A DNA stretch of 63,582 nucleotides, filler included, from Thermoplasmatota archaeon (GTDB lineage: Archaea > Thermoplasmatota > E2 > JACPAO01 > JAHFTW01): assembly GCA_041623215.1 (NCBI GenBank). It is 3 parts of 3 records of this genome, joined end to end, with 100 filler letters (N's around TTAATTAATTAA, not from the genome) between each part and the next. Parts side by side here need not be neighbours in the genome. Positions count along the whole stretch, not along the records: positions 24,514 to 47,380 come from JBFJXH010000013.1; positions 47,481 to 63,582 come from JBFJXH010000032.1; 1 more part is not named here. One strand, written 5' to 3'. Below the pieces are notes generated by a model, which worked only from the letters and a program-made list of their open reading frames with translations, was not told where the DNA came from and did not search any database. Positions within the stretch are counted from its first letter, which is position 1; each line of letters opens with the position of its first letter. This document shows positions 45,566 to 55,717 of the stretch, in pieces. Position numbers and translations under genes: made by a program.

Positions 45566-46456
45566 GTGCTCGCCATCGAAACCCAAAGTCTGACGAAGGA
45601 CTTTGGCGGCGGACGGGGCGTCTTTGATCTAGACCTGGAGGTGGAGCAGGGGCGCATCCATGGATTTCTGGGACCTAACGGCGCTGGCAAAACCACGACG
45701 CTGCGTCTTCTCTTGGATTTCATACGGCCGACCGCAGGATTTGCCCGCGTGCTGGGCCGGAGGCCAGGCGACCACACGCAACACCTGCACCACCACATCG
45801 GCTTCGTGCCCGGGGACCTAGCCCTACCAGGCAACATCACCGGCCGGCGTTATCTGCAAGACGCGGCCGACTTGCACGGCAATGTCGATGCATCATTCCA
45901 GCACGAACTAGAACAACGCCTGAACGCCGATTTGGAGGCGAAAATTCGCACGCTGTCCAAGGGCAATCGTCAGAAGATTGCCTTGCTTGATGCGCTGCAA
46001 CATCAGCCGCGACTTCTCATCATGGACGAGCCGACCGACGGCCTCGACCCGCTGCTTCGCAACACCCTGGCGGCGCTGCTTCGAGAACACACCAAGCGCG
46101 GCGGGACCGTATTCCTCTCGACCCACGTAGTCCACGAAGCCCAGTCATTGTGCGACGACATCACGGTGCTCATGGATGGGCGACTCCGCCTCCAGGCAAA
46201 GGTGTCCGAACTGTTGGCCGAGGAGCCAGACATCGTGAAGGCGCGCGTCCGCGATATCAAGGCGGCCATTGCAGCCTTACAGGCCGCCGGGGCCACCCAC
46301 ATCCAGTACCACGACGATTGGATTCGCTTCGCCGTGCATGGACCCCTGTTGCCAGTCATTCTGGCAATCGCCCGCGTCGGGGCAAAGGAATTGCAGGTTC
46401 AAGGCAGCGACCTTGAAGACCGCTTCTTGCGGCTGTATGCCGGAGGCCGCGAATGA
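45566..46456 (+). CDS. ABC-2 type exporter ATP-binding protein
   Basis: GPNGAGKTT, LSKGNRQK, MDEPTDGLDP, STH. Confidence 0.92.
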   Translation: MLAIETQSLTKDFGGGRGVFDLDLEVEQGRIHGFLGPNGAGKTTTLRLLLDFIRPTAGFARVLGRRPGDHTQHLHHHIGFVPGDLALPGNITGRRYLQDAADLHGNVDASFQHELEQRLNADLEAKIRTLSKGNRQKIALLDALQHQPRLLIMDEPTDGLDPLLRNTLAALLREHTKRGGTVFLSTHVVHEAQSLCDDITVLMDGRLRLQAKVSELLAEEPDIVKARVRDIKAAIAALQAAGATHIQYHDDWIRFAVHGPLLPVILAIARVGAKELQVQGSDLEDRFLRLYAGGRE

Positions 46457-47262
46457 AGCGACGGCGCAGTGGCCCCGTGCTGCGTATCTCGCTACGGCTG
46501 CGCCGTTCGCACCTGCTAACGTGGGGGTTGTCCTTGTTTGCCTTCATGTTCCTGATTGGCTCCAGCTACGCTGCGGTGGCCGAAAACGAGGAATACGACG
46601 CCATCTGGGAAAGCTTGCCTGAGGAAGCGCGCGAGGCCTTCGGCGGCGCCGGCTCCCTGACAGCCGTGGATGGCTACCTCGACTCACAGGCGGTCGCGTA
46701 TCTACCAATCCTGCTGACCATCGGCACCGCGCTGCTTCTCACCCGAAGTTTCGCCGGGGCCGAGGAAAGCGGCGCGCTGGACCACGCGCTCGCCCGACCG
46801 GTCACCAGGACCCGATATTTCTGGGCCCAGGTAGGCGCGGCCGGCATCATTGGCGTGTCCAATATCCTGGCGTCCGTGGCAGGCGCAGTGGCTGGATTCG
46901 CGCTCGCCGGCGTCAGCGGCAACGAACTTCTTCGCGCTGCGGGCATGATTATCGAGGTGGTTCCCATCTACGCTGCACTCATCGCCCTGGCGACCCTCGT
47001 AGCCGTGTCGTTTCACCGGCGCGGGCCAGCCAGCGGGGTGGCCGTGGGTGGCTTGTTCGGCCTATTCGTGATAGACCTCCTGAGCCGTCTGGTACCCGAC
47101 GTCGACTGGCTTCGCTACGCAACGCCCTATGGCTATTGGCACCGCAGTGACCTCTACCACGGTGAGCTGGACCTCGTCTACCTCGCCGTTAGTGCCGGCC
47201 TCGCCATCGGAGCGGTGCTGTTGGCCTGGCGCGTCTTTGACCGCAAGGACTTGTACGCGTAA
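46453..47262 (+). CDS. ABC-2 type permease
   Basis: AGAEESGALDHALARPVTR motif, 6 TM, ATGA overlap with the ATPase. Confidence 0.88.
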   Translation: MKRRRSGPVLRISLRLRRSHLLTWGLSLFAFMFLIGSSYAAVAENEEYDAIWESLPEEAREAFGGAGSLTAVDGYLDSQAVAYLPILLTIGTALLLTRSFAGAEESGALDHALARPVTRTRYFWAQVGAAGIIGVSNILASVAGAVAGFALAGVSGNELLRAAGMIIEVVPIYAALIALATLVAVSFHRRGPASGVAVGGLFGLFVIDLLSRLVPDVDWLRYATPYGYWHRSDLYHGELDLVYLAVSAGLAIGAVLLAWRVFDRKDLYA

Positions 47263-47338
47263 TCACGAGTCCCAGCACGTCGTGTCCGTCTCGATGGGCC
47301 GGCAAGCCATTAAGGCAAGGGGCCGGCGTCCAGCAGCC

Positions 47339-47380
47339 ATGGAAGGCAATCCGGTCCCCGACTTCTCCTGGCCCGACCAG
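47339..47380 (+). CDS. possible redoxin N-terminus cut by contig end
   Basis: MEGNPVPDFSWPDQ resembles G..PDF.L.DQ peroxiredoxin starts; ATTAAGG TATA-like element upstream. Confidence 0.4.
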
Positions 47381-47480
47381 NNNNNNNNNNNNNNNNNNNN
47401 NNNNNNNNNNNNNNNNNNNNNNNNTTAATTAATTAANNNNNNNNNNNNNNNNNNNNNNNNNNNNNNNNNNNNNNNNNNNN
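47381..47480. other. artificial contig-joining spacer
   Basis: 44 N + TTAATTAATTAA + 44 N, identical to the first spacer. Confidence 0.97.
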
Positions 47481-47705
47481 AATGTGCAAGGCGAGCCGAA
47501 ACGCCCACACCGAGACCAGCAGCAGCACCAGCAAAACCCGGCCAATGTCCCCTGACCCCTGCCACGTGGCCACGCCCGTCACCAAGACGAAGAATGGCCC
47601 CCACGCCACGTCCATGATGCTCGCATCCTTGCTTACGAGACTCACGGCCCACAACCCAACTGCGGCTGGAATCACCGCCAGGAGCGTGGTTTCAAGGATG
47701 CCCAT
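47481..47705 (-). CDS. DUF1295-family membrane protein, N-terminal part
   Basis: KDASIMDVAWG...VWAFRLALHI. Confidence 0.75.
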
Positions 47706-47770
47706 ACAGCTAGTACCATGGCGGTCCACTTAGTGAAAACGGCTTTGCCCGCGGCCGCCAGTCCCAATCC

Positions 47771-48886
47771 ATGGTTGCCGGCGCTGCATGGCCGTGGTTG
47801 GCTTCTGCCCTCATTGGCCTAGCCGTGGCTGCCTGGCTTTTTCAGCGGAGCCGCCGAGCAACCGACCTGGTGCTGGCGGCAGTGCTGGCGGTCCGCGCGC
47901 TTCTTGATGGCGCCATCGGCTTGCGCCAAGCAGCGCCTTTGGAGGCGCTCGTTGTCACCGTGGTCCCCGTGGCCTATGTGGCCGCCACGTGGTCCGTCAT
48001 CGGCCTATGGGGCACGCATCGCACGGCACGTGCCGGCCGTCCGCCAAGCCGCCAAGGTGCCGTGTTGATTGGGCTACTTGCGGCAGCAAGCCTAGTCGTG
48101 GTTGTGGCTTGGCCAAGCAGTTGGATGGTCCAAGCGCGCCTTGGCGATTCCCTCGTGGCTCTTGGCGCCGGGCCTTTCTTTGTTGCCTCGGGCCTGCTCC
48201 ATTTGCTCTTGGCAGCCTTCAGTTTGGATTTGGTGCGCTACCACATCAAACGCAGTCAGCAAGGCAACCTGAATCGGGGACCGATCCTCGTAGCCCTCGG
48301 CTTGTCGTTCTTAGCATCCTTCGTGGCCGCTGCCGAATGGTGGCGTGTTGATGCCGGGGCAAGCGGCCAAGGTGTCTGGTTCCAAGTGACGCATTGGATT
48401 TTGCTGGCCAGCATCCTACCCGTTGCAGCCACGGCGCTGACACTTGGGCGCGCCGCCTTCACAACCGCCGATGAAGGCCTCAAGCGCGCCCTGGCAACCT
48501 TCCTCCTGGTATTCCTCCTGCCGCCCTTGTCGGTAGCCACACTGGCTCTCCTGGAGGGCCTTGGCGAAGCGGTCGATGGTAGCCTCGCTGGCCTCGAGGG
48601 GCTGTGGAGCCTGGTTGCCCCAGTCCTCGTGGCGGCAGGCCTGGCCCGAAGTGCCAAGGCCGAGCCAACCGACTCGTCAAAGCCCGGAGTGGCTGCCGGC
48701 GACGACCGCCTCCGGGCGTATCACGAAGCTCTACTGGCCGCAATGGTGGACGGGCAAGTGCCATCGGCGAGGCGCTCTGAGTTAGAGCATACACGCCTCC
48801 GGTTGCGCCTCAGTCGCATCCAAGCTGACGCCGCTGAGGACGCCTGCACATTGCACGTTTCAGGCCGCGAGGACGAGGCTTCATAG
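47771..48886 (+). CDS. multi-pass membrane protein with short helical C-terminal domain
   Basis: About 9 hydrophobic segments; tail YHEALLAAMVDG..ELEHTRLRLRLS. Confidence 0.65.
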   Translation: MVAGAAWPWLASALIGLAVAAWLFQRSRRATDLVLAAVLAVRALLDGAIGLRQAAPLEALVVTVVPVAYVAATWSVIGLWGTHRTARAGRPPSRQGAVLIGLLAAASLVVVVAWPSSWMVQARLGDSLVALGAGPFFVASGLLHLLLAAFSLDLVRYHIKRSQQGNLNRGPILVALGLSFLASFVAAAEWWRVDAGASGQGVWFQVTHWILLASILPVAATALTLGRAAFTTADEGLKRALATFLLVFLLPPLSVATLALLEGLGEAVDGSLAGLEGLWSLVAPVLVAAGLARSAKAEPTDSSKPGVAAGDDRLRAYHEALLAAMVDGQVPSARRSELEHTRLRLRLSRIQADAAEDACTLHVSGREDEAS

Positions 48887-48908
48887 CCCCGTTAGAAGTC
48901 CAACACCC

Positions 48909-50675
48909 GTGGACCAACTGGTTCGTCCCCCGCACGGCCTCGCATGGCTGATTGGCGTCACTGCAGGCGAAGGCCTAGAATCGGGTGGCGAAGCCTTCGC
49001 CGTGGCCCTCGCCGCGGCCGGGTTCATGCCATCAACGCAACGGGATTTCCCGAGCCGCATCCGCGGCGGCGACACCACCAGCACGGTCCGCTTGACCCCC
49101 CAGGGTCATTTATGCCCCCCCGCAGCCATTGATTTGGCGCTGGCCTTCAACGCCACAGTGCTGCCCCGCATCGATGCCAAAATGTCTCCCCAAGGCTTGT
49201 TACTGGTGGACGAAGGCGTGGCCGACTTCGTGCCTCCATCCGGGTGCCAAGTGGCGACATTCCCCTTTACGGCATTGGCTGCTGAGGCGGGCAACAAGCG
49301 GGCCAAAAACATGGTGGCGCTTGGCGCCAGTGCGGCACTCATGGCGCTCGACGTTGAGCGTCTGCAAGCTGCTGTTGCCGACCGGTTTGCCGGCAAGGGG
49401 GAAGACGTGGTCTCAACTAATGCCGCCGCTTTGGCAGCCGGATTCGCTGAGGCAACTAAGCGCATGGCAGCCCAGGCGCTGGTCACCTTCCAGCCACCCG
49501 CCCCACAGCCTGAAACGGAGGCTCTCTTCATGACCGGGAACCAGGCTGCGTGCCTCGGCGCCCTGGCGGCCGGCTGCCGCATCGCCGCCGCCTATCCCAT
49601 CACTCCGGCGAGTGACATCCTAGAGTACCTGACGCCGCGCCTCATCGCAGAGGGCGGCATAGCCATTCAGGTCGAGGATGAAATTGCCGCGCTGAACATC
49701 GTGGCCGGTGCCGGCTTTGCAGGCGCCCGCGCCCTCACAGCAACCTCCGGCCCCGGCCTTTCCTTAATGACCGAAACCATCGGCTTGGCGGGCAGCAACG
49801 AGGTGCCAGCCGTCATTATCAATTGCCAGCGGCCCGGGCCCTCGACGGGCATGCCCACCAAACACGGCCAGGAGGACCTGTGGCACATGGTGCACGGCGG
49901 CCACGGCGAATTCCCCCGCGTGGTCCTGGCGCCAACGGACGTGGCCGACGCGTTCGAGGCAACCAGCGAAGCCTTCCGCCTCTCTAGCAGGTTCCGCGTG
50001 CCGGCCTTTGTCGCCCTTGATGCCCAATGCAGCCTGTTCAAGCAAACCATTGCCCCCCCTGACGTGCACGCGGAGGCCGAGGCGCATGGACAACGGGCCC
50101 GGCCCGACGCCAAACCCGCATGGGACGGCGGACGCCCATACGGCGGCGACGGGGTGCCGGACCCAGGCGAGGCAGGGATCTACATCAGCAACTCAACCGA
50201 ACATGGCCCGACAGGATTTACCAACGAAGCGCCAGCCGTTCGAAACGCCATGGTGGAGCGCCGCAAGCAAATCCTGTCTGACCTTGGCAATGCCTGCCGC
50301 CGACCCTTAGCTACGGAGCAACCCGACGACGCCTCTGCCCTCACCACAGTCAATCTCGTAAGTTGGGGCAGTACAGTTGAAGCATGCCGCGAAGCGCGCG
50401 TGCGCTTGGCGCAGGCGGGCATCCAAGCCCGAGTCATCGGGGTCCGGCTACTCTGGCCCTTTCCCCGGGGACCATTCTCCGAGGCCATCGGGCCAGGCCC
50501 CATCCTGGTCGCCGAGGCCAACGGCACCGGCCAGCTCGCGCGACTCATTCGAAGCGAACTTCCCGTCCATGACCGCGTCCACGAAGTGCTTCGCTACGAC
50601 GGCACCCCGGTCTTGTCGGACGACCTTCTGGACGCCGTGGAGGACCTCATTGCTACCAGCGAGGCGACGCCATGA
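48909..50675 (+). CDS. 2-oxoacid:ferredoxin oxidoreductase alpha subunit (gamma-alpha fusion)
   Basis: SRIRGG, KNMVALG, YPITPAS, EDEIAA, TSGPGLSLM, QRPGPSTGMPTK. Confidence 0.93.
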   Translation: MDQLVRPPHGLAWLIGVTAGEGLESGGEAFAVALAAAGFMPSTQRDFPSRIRGGDTTSTVRLTPQGHLCPPAAIDLALAFNATVLPRIDAKMSPQGLLLVDEGVADFVPPSGCQVATFPFTALAAEAGNKRAKNMVALGASAALMALDVERLQAAVADRFAGKGEDVVSTNAAALAAGFAEATKRMAAQALVTFQPPAPQPETEALFMTGNQAACLGALAAGCRIAAAYPITPASDILEYLTPRLIAEGGIAIQVEDEIAALNIVAGAGFAGARALTATSGPGLSLMTETIGLAGSNEVPAVIINCQRPGPSTGMPTKHGQEDLWHMVHGGHGEFPRVVLAPTDVADAFEATSEAFRLSSRFRVPAFVALDAQCSLFKQTIAPPDVHAEAEAHGQRARPDAKPAWDGGRPYGGDGVPDPGEAGIYISNSTEHGPTGFTNEAPAVRNAMVERRKQILSDLGNACRRPLATEQPDDASALTTVNLVSWGSTVEACREARVRLAQAGIQARVIGVRLLWPFPRGPFSEAIGPGPILVAEANGTGQLARLIRSELPVHDRVHEVLRYDGTPVLSDDLLDAVEDLIATSEATP

Positions 50676-51532
50676 GCAGCGTCGCCATGGATTGGAAGAC
50701 CCTCAAAGGCAACGACCCCATTTGGTGCCCGGGCTGCGGCGACTTTGGAGTCCTTCGCGCCATGCAACAAGCCATCGCCGGTCTGGGGCGGACGCCGGAA
50801 GAAACCGTCCTCGTGACGGGCATCGGTTGTAGTGGTACCATCAACGGCGCCTTTCGCACGTACGGCTTCCATGGCTTGCATGGGCGCTCCTTGCCGGCGG
50901 CCACCGGCATCAAATTGGCCAACCCGGACCTGACTGTCCTCGTTACTGGCGGCGACGGCGACGGCTTCGGCATTGGCCTTGGGCACTTCCTCCACGCGGC
51001 CCGCCGCAACGTGGACCTCTGCTATGTCGTGATGGACAACCAAGTGTACGGTCTGACCAAAGGGCAAACCTCGCCCACCACGCCAACCGAGATGAGCACG
51101 AAGGCCAGTCCGCTTGGCCCCATGGCGGACCCAGTGAACCCGCTGGAGCTTGCTCTAGCCGGGGGCGCATCCTTCGTTGCGCAAGGATTCAGCGCCGACC
51201 AGCCGGCGCTCACCAAGCTCATCCAGCAAGGCATCGAACATCCTGGTTTTGCCTTCATCAACGTGCAAAGCCCGTGCGTGACGTACAACCATGTGAACAC
51301 CTACGCGTGGTACCGAGACCACATTGCAGAAGTGGACCACGACCCATCTGACCGCGACGCAGCCATCGCGGCGGCGCGCGACCGCAGCAAGGTGCCGTTG
51401 GGGCTGCTTTACCAAACCACACGTCCTGTTTTCTGCGCTCACCCGGGCGACCGAATCGGTCCAGCCCGGCATCCGGCAGCCCATTTACCGGCCGGCTTTA
51501 GCAATTGGATTCAGAATCTTAAGGTCCGGTAA
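50672..51532 (+). CDS. 2-oxoacid:ferredoxin oxidoreductase beta subunit
   Basis: WCPGCGDF, GIGCS, LHGR, GGDGD, DNQVYGLTKGQTSPT, SPCVTYN. Confidence 0.94.
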   Translation: MSSVAMDWKTLKGNDPIWCPGCGDFGVLRAMQQAIAGLGRTPEETVLVTGIGCSGTINGAFRTYGFHGLHGRSLPAATGIKLANPDLTVLVTGGDGDGFGIGLGHFLHAARRNVDLCYVVMDNQVYGLTKGQTSPTTPTEMSTKASPLGPMADPVNPLELALAGGASFVAQGFSADQPALTKLIQQGIEHPGFAFINVQSPCVTYNHVNTYAWYRDHIAEVDHDPSDRDAAIAAARDRSKVPLGLLYQTTRPVFCAHPGDRIGPARHPAAHLPAGFSNWIQNLKVR

Positions 51533-51663
51533 TCAGCGGCGCAGCGGGGGGCTTCGACATCAAGTTGGAGCAGGGCGAAGCGCGGGCCCAGGCACTCGTC
51601 CCTTGTCCGTCCGCCTGCGACGCATCAAGGGCCATAGCGGCCGCGTCCTTCTGACCCCATCCC

Positions 51664-51804
51664 ATGACCTTGACCCTTCGGACCGTGGACGCCTATTGCA
51701 AGACCTGTGGAGACCCAAGGACGCACGTGATTGATGCGTCCGACCCGGGCTCGTGTTACTGCGTTGTTTGTGAATCGACGCAGGTGCTACAGGTGCCAAT
51801 CTAG
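51664..51804 (+). CDS. 46-aa zinc-finger microprotein (below the ORF-track cutoff)
   Basis: MTLTLRTVDAYCKTCGDPRTHVIDASDPGSCYCVVCESTQVLQVPI with two CxxC pairs. Confidence 0.7.
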   Translation: MTLTLRTVDAYCKTCGDPRTHVIDASDPGSCYCVVCESTQVLQVPI

Positions 51805-51845
51805 TCAGCCAGCAACCCTTTCCCGCTAGGTCCGGTCGCCAGTTT

Positions 51846-52568
51846 GTGAGCGACGATGTGCAGGCCATGTTTGGTCGCATCGCACACCGCTATGACCGGG
51901 CCAACAGCGTGCTCAGTTTGGGCATCCATCACGCTTGGCGACGTCGCGCGGTCAAGGCCGCTAGCCCAGCCAACCCTGTAACGACCGGACAAGTGCTGGA
52001 CGTTGCCTGCGGCACGGGCGACCTGACCTTCGCCTTGGCCAAAGCCATGCAGCAGGGTGTCGTTACGGGCAGCGACTTCACGTCAGAAATGCTCAAAGTT
52101 GCGAAGGCGAAACACGCAAAATCCGAGGCTCACCGGCCTGCCCAGGTGTCCATCGCGTGGCAGCAGGCAGACGCGCAAGACCTTCCGTTTGACAAGGGAC
52201 AATTCGATGCCGCCACCATTGCGTTTGGTATTCGCAATGTAGACAATCCGGTCCAAGGACTACAGGAAATGCACCGCGTCTTGACGCCGGGCGGCCGATG
52301 CGTCGTCCTTGAGTTTGGCCAGCCCTCCGGTGCATGGGGCCGCCTTTATCGCTGGTATTCGCGGCACGTGATGCCGCGCCTGGGTGGCCTCATCACCGGC
52401 GACCGGGCGGCCTATGAGTATCTTCCAGCGACGGCAGCGGCGTTTCCAGCTGGCGACGATTTTCTAGCCTTGATGCGTGAAGCGGGGCCGTGGTCTAAGC
52501 TTGAGGCATGGCCACTCACCGGTGGCATTGCCTGGGTCTACCTTGGCGTAAAAGCTGATTCGACCTGA
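51846..52568 (+). CDS. menG: demethylmenaquinone methyltransferase (UbiE/MenG)
   Basis: MFGRIAHRYDRANSVLSLG, LDVACGTGD, FGIRNV, AYEYL. Confidence 0.92.
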   Translation: MSDDVQAMFGRIAHRYDRANSVLSLGIHHAWRRRAVKAASPANPVTTGQVLDVACGTGDLTFALAKAMQQGVVTGSDFTSEMLKVAKAKHAKSEAHRPAQVSIAWQQADAQDLPFDKGQFDAATIAFGIRNVDNPVQGLQEMHRVLTPGGRCVVLEFGQPSGAWGRLYRWYSRHVMPRLGGLITGDRAAYEYLPATAAAFPAGDDFLALMREAGPWSKLEAWPLTGGIAWVYLGVKADST

Positions 52569-53668
52569 CGCCGCCGTAGCTTTCCCTGCGCATCACGCGG
52601 CACGACCCCAACCTGCCAGTAGCGGGGTATTTCGTGGCGCTCCAAGTGGCGCCGACAGAGTGCCGTTGCCGCCGCTTCATCCAGGCTGCCATCCACCTCC
52701 ACGAGGGCCGCAACCGCTTGGCCGCGAACCTCATCTGAAACTCCCACCACAGCACAGTCTTGCACGCCGGACAGCCCCAACAAAACCGCCTCGACCCGGC
52801 GGGCATCGACGTTCTTGCCGCCAATGATGATTCGTTCCGAGGTTCGTTGGGTGACGAAGAGGTAGCCGTCGTCGTCCAAGAAGCCCATGTCGCCGGTTGC
52901 ATGCGGGCCGCCGCCAATGACGGTGGGCCCCGACACCATGATTTCATCACCCGGGCCGATGGACACTTCAACACCTGGAAGAGGGCGCCCGACTGTACCC
53001 GGGTGCGCGAGCCAGTCGGCAGGCGTGGCCGTGGCAACTTGGCCGCATGCTTCGGTCAAACCATAGGACACATGCAGCGGCCAGCCAGCCTCCAGCGCTG
53101 CGTGGACTAGGTCAGCACGAACCGCGTCGCCCCCAACGAGGACACACTCCAGCTGCGGCGGTACCTCCGCGTTCCCTGCCAGTAACCGCCCGAGTTGTTG
53201 CGGCACCAAGCTCACGTGCGTGACCCGCCGGAGGCCCGCCCAGATGGCCTCTAGGTTGGTGGGCTCAGCCAACGTCATCCTGCATTCGTCGCGCAAGCAG
53301 CGGTCCAATACCCCAATGCCGCCCATGTGCGTCAACGGCAGGCCCAGCAACCAGTGGCTATCAGCGTCATGTCCAATCCGACGCGCACAGGCGTCACGGT
53401 GGGCGGCTAGGTGTGCTTCGGTAATGGACACCGGCGCCGGCTCGCCCGTCGACCCACTGGTTTGCAACAGCACCCGCTCGCCCGGTTCACCGTGGTCCCC
53501 CTGCCGGCCCCAAGCTTCGTCGGCTCCAATGACTTGGTCGACGTCCAACCGGTGGCATTCCCGTTTCAGGTCCGGTCCACGTAGGGGCACCACGGACCAA
53601 CCAAGTCGTCTCGCATCGCGGTGCGCCTCTACATGGAGGCGATTGGGGCCATGGACACCAAGACGCAT
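52538..53668 (-). CDS. menE: o-succinylbenzoate-CoA ligase (short form)
   Basis: TSGSTGEP, LPLTHMGG, SLVP, SYGLTE, TGDMG, GGKNV; next to menC. Confidence 0.85.
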   Translation of the reverse strand: MRLGVHGPNRLHVEAHRDARRLGWSVVPLRGPDLKRECHRLDVDQVIGADEAWGRQGDHGEPGERVLLQTSGSTGEPAPVSITEAHLAAHRDACARRIGHDADSHWLLGLPLTHMGGIGVLDRCLRDECRMTLAEPTNLEAIWAGLRRVTHVSLVPQQLGRLLAGNAEVPPQLECVLVGGDAVRADLVHAALEAGWPLHVSYGLTEACGQVATATPADWLAHPGTVGRPLPGVEVSIGPGDEIMVSGPTVIGGGPHATGDMGFLDDDGYLFVTQRTSERIIIGGKNVDARRVEAVLLGLSGVQDCAVVGVSDEVRGQAVAALVEVDGSLDEAAATALCRRHLERHEIPRYWQVGVVPRDAQGKLRRRQVESAFTPR

Positions 53669-53682
53669 GCTAATGGTCGATG

Positions 53683-54765
53683 CTAGCGGCGGCGCTTGAA
53701 CATGCGGGGCGGGGCGGGGGCTTCCGACGCTGCGGTTTCCTCGCCCTGCTTCGGTGCAGCAGCAGCATCGCGTTGCGGTTGATAGGCCAAGTCTGGCGAC
53801 AGCGTGGGCGTCAAACCAATTCCCTTGCCTGATGGCTCCATCACTGGCGCCGATGGCAAGCTGGCCACGTCCCGACCAAGGAATGTGTCGGTGGCTAAGC
53901 CGGCTGGATTGGCGGTGAGGCTAGCCACCGCCAAGGCATGGGCACGGCCAACCGCCGACTCAAGGCTGTTCGTGACCACCGGGTGACGGTCATGGTCACT
54001 GCACCAGGCAACGAGTTCCGCAGCCTTGTCCGGGCCGCCAACGCGCTGGGGCTTGATGATGACGACGCGGGCTTCCGAGTCTCGCACGGCCTCAACGTCG
54101 GTCGCCGTCTCGTCAATGGCGATGGTGACGGGGCTGCGACCAATCAGGCGTTCAATGGCACGACCCCGGACCGGGTCTTCGACGTAGTCGAGCTCGAATT
54201 GTGCTAGGTCATGCAGGTGGTCAGCGGCCCAGCTTGGGTGGTAGGCCCCATTGGGATCTAGCCGAAGGGTCACCTCCGGCAGCGCATTGCGCAAACTGCG
54301 AAGGCGATTGATGTCGGTCTTCCGGTCGCCATTCGACTTTACCTTGATGCAGGTATAGCCTGCCTCCACGGCGGCCCGGGCAGCTGCGGTGGTTTCCCGC
54401 GTCGGCAGAAACGGAATGAGCGCGTTGACCGATACAGGACCAGGGCGGATGTTGACGCGACTGCCAAGCAGGTGAGCCAGGGTTATTCCTTCGTCGCGCG
54501 CCATGGCGTCCAACCGCGCGCCGACGAGACCGCAGCGGATGCGAGCAGGGGCAGTTTCAGCATCCACTTGCCACTTGGCCAACTCCGCCGCGGCAACGGG
54601 GGGCGAACCGGGTGGATCGGCCACTTCACCCCAGCCGTCGCCATCCTCGACGAGGACGGTGTGGCGCTCTTGTTCAACGCCCTGGGACCACGTGTAGGGG
54701 GTGGATAACGGAAGCGTCAGGGCATGAAACGCCGGGGGCACAGGCGCCTGGACCCGCTCGGGCAT
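53683..54765 (-). CDS. menC: o-succinylbenzoate synthase (enolase superfamily)
   Basis: KVK, LRLDPNG, VEDP, IDE, IIKP..VGG; men cluster context. Confidence 0.85.
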   Translation of the reverse strand: MPERVQAPVPPAFHALTLPLSTPYTWSQGVEQERHTVLVEDGDGWGEVADPPGSPPVAAAELAKWQVDAETAPARIRCGLVGARLDAMARDEGITLAHLLGSRVNIRPGPVSVNALIPFLPTRETTAAARAAVEAGYTCIKVKSNGDRKTDINRLRSLRNALPEVTLRLDPNGAYHPSWAADHLHDLAQFELDYVEDPVRGRAIERLIGRSPVTIAIDETATDVEAVRDSEARVVIIKPQRVGGPDKAAELVAWCSDHDRHPVVTNSLESAVGRAHALAVASLTANPAGLATDTFLGRDVASLPSAPVMEPSGKGIGLTPTLSPDLAYQPQRDAAAAPKQGEETAASEAPAPPRMFKRRR

Positions 54766-54792
54766 CAAGAGTGTTGGGCGCGGCCAATCCGG

Positions 54793-55665
54793 CTAGATGA
54801 TGATGCCAATTGTTGCCAGTAAGGAGAAGACGAGAAGAATGCGCGCCGTGCCTCCAAGCGCCGGGTTTAGCTGGCGACGGTCCTGCAAGTTACCCCACAC
54901 CAAGCGCCCTGGAGCGATGGCCACCAGCCCTGCGGCGACGGGAAGAAGCAACCACAGATTGTCTTCCAGGTGGCCGATGACAAAAGGCGATGCGACGGCG
55001 ACGGCGACCTGGATGGACCATTGCAACTGCGTGAAACGGTCGCCGAAGCGCACGGCGAGGGTGCGTTTTCCAACGCGCTCATCGGTGAGTCGGTCGCGCA
55101 GATTGTTAACGTTCAGGATGGCGGTGGTGAGGAGCCCCAGGGGAATGCCCCAAGCCCATGCTTGCCACGGCCAGTCGCCAGTTTGCACGGCGACCGTCCC
55201 GGCCACGGCACTGGGCCCAAAGAACACGAAGGCGAAGATGTCGGCGGCGCCGGTGTAGGCGAGGGCCCGGCGGCCGGCGGTGTAGAACCAGCCACTCAGA
55301 ATCCCTGCCACGCCAATGGCCAAGATGGGCCAGCCGCCGCGCGCTACCAAATAGACGCCAAAGAAGGCCGCCCAGACGAATGCGAACAGGGCGGCTTCCT
55401 TGACGCGTTCCGGGTTTAGGTCCCCGGACGCCGAGGCCCGGCGCGGGCCAGCGCGGTCCGGCGTGTCTGCGCCCTTCTTGTGGTCAAAGTAGTCGTTGGC
55501 TAGATTGGTGCCAATTTGGATGAGTAACGCTGCTGCGAGGGCCGCCGCGAAGGCCGCAACGTGGAAGCCGGCCAAAGCATGGGCTACGGCACCGCCTACG
55601 AGAACCGGGCTTGCGGCTGCCGGCAACGTGCGCAGGCGAAGCGTAGAAATCCAAGGGGAGGCCAC
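54793..55665 (-). CDS. menA: 1,4-dihydroxy-2-naphthoate polyprenyltransferase
   Basis: RLRTLPAA, QIGTNLANDYFD..KGAD, NNLRD..D..GKRTLAVR. Confidence 0.93.
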   Translation of the reverse strand: MASPWISTLRLRTLPAAASPVLVGGAVAHALAGFHVAAFAAALAAALLIQIGTNLANDYFDHKKGADTPDRAGPRRASASGDLNPERVKEAALFAFVWAAFFGVYLVARGGWPILAIGVAGILSGWFYTAGRRALAYTGAADIFAFVFFGPSAVAGTVAVQTGDWPWQAWAWGIPLGLLTTAILNVNNLRDRLTDERVGKRTLAVRFGDRFTQLQWSIQVAVAVASPFVIGHLEDNLWLLLPVAAGLVAIAPGRLVWGNLQDRRQLNPALGGTARILLVFSLLATIGIII

Positions 55666-55717
55666 AAGCGGGGCAGGCAAAATGGGGTGGAAAAAGGGAG
55701 GAGGAAGGCGCGCGCCG

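Noticed and set aside
52538..52568. Convergent 3' overlaps (also 21211-21266 and 35957-35973)
   Set aside because: Common in compact GC-rich genomes; no evidence of antisense control
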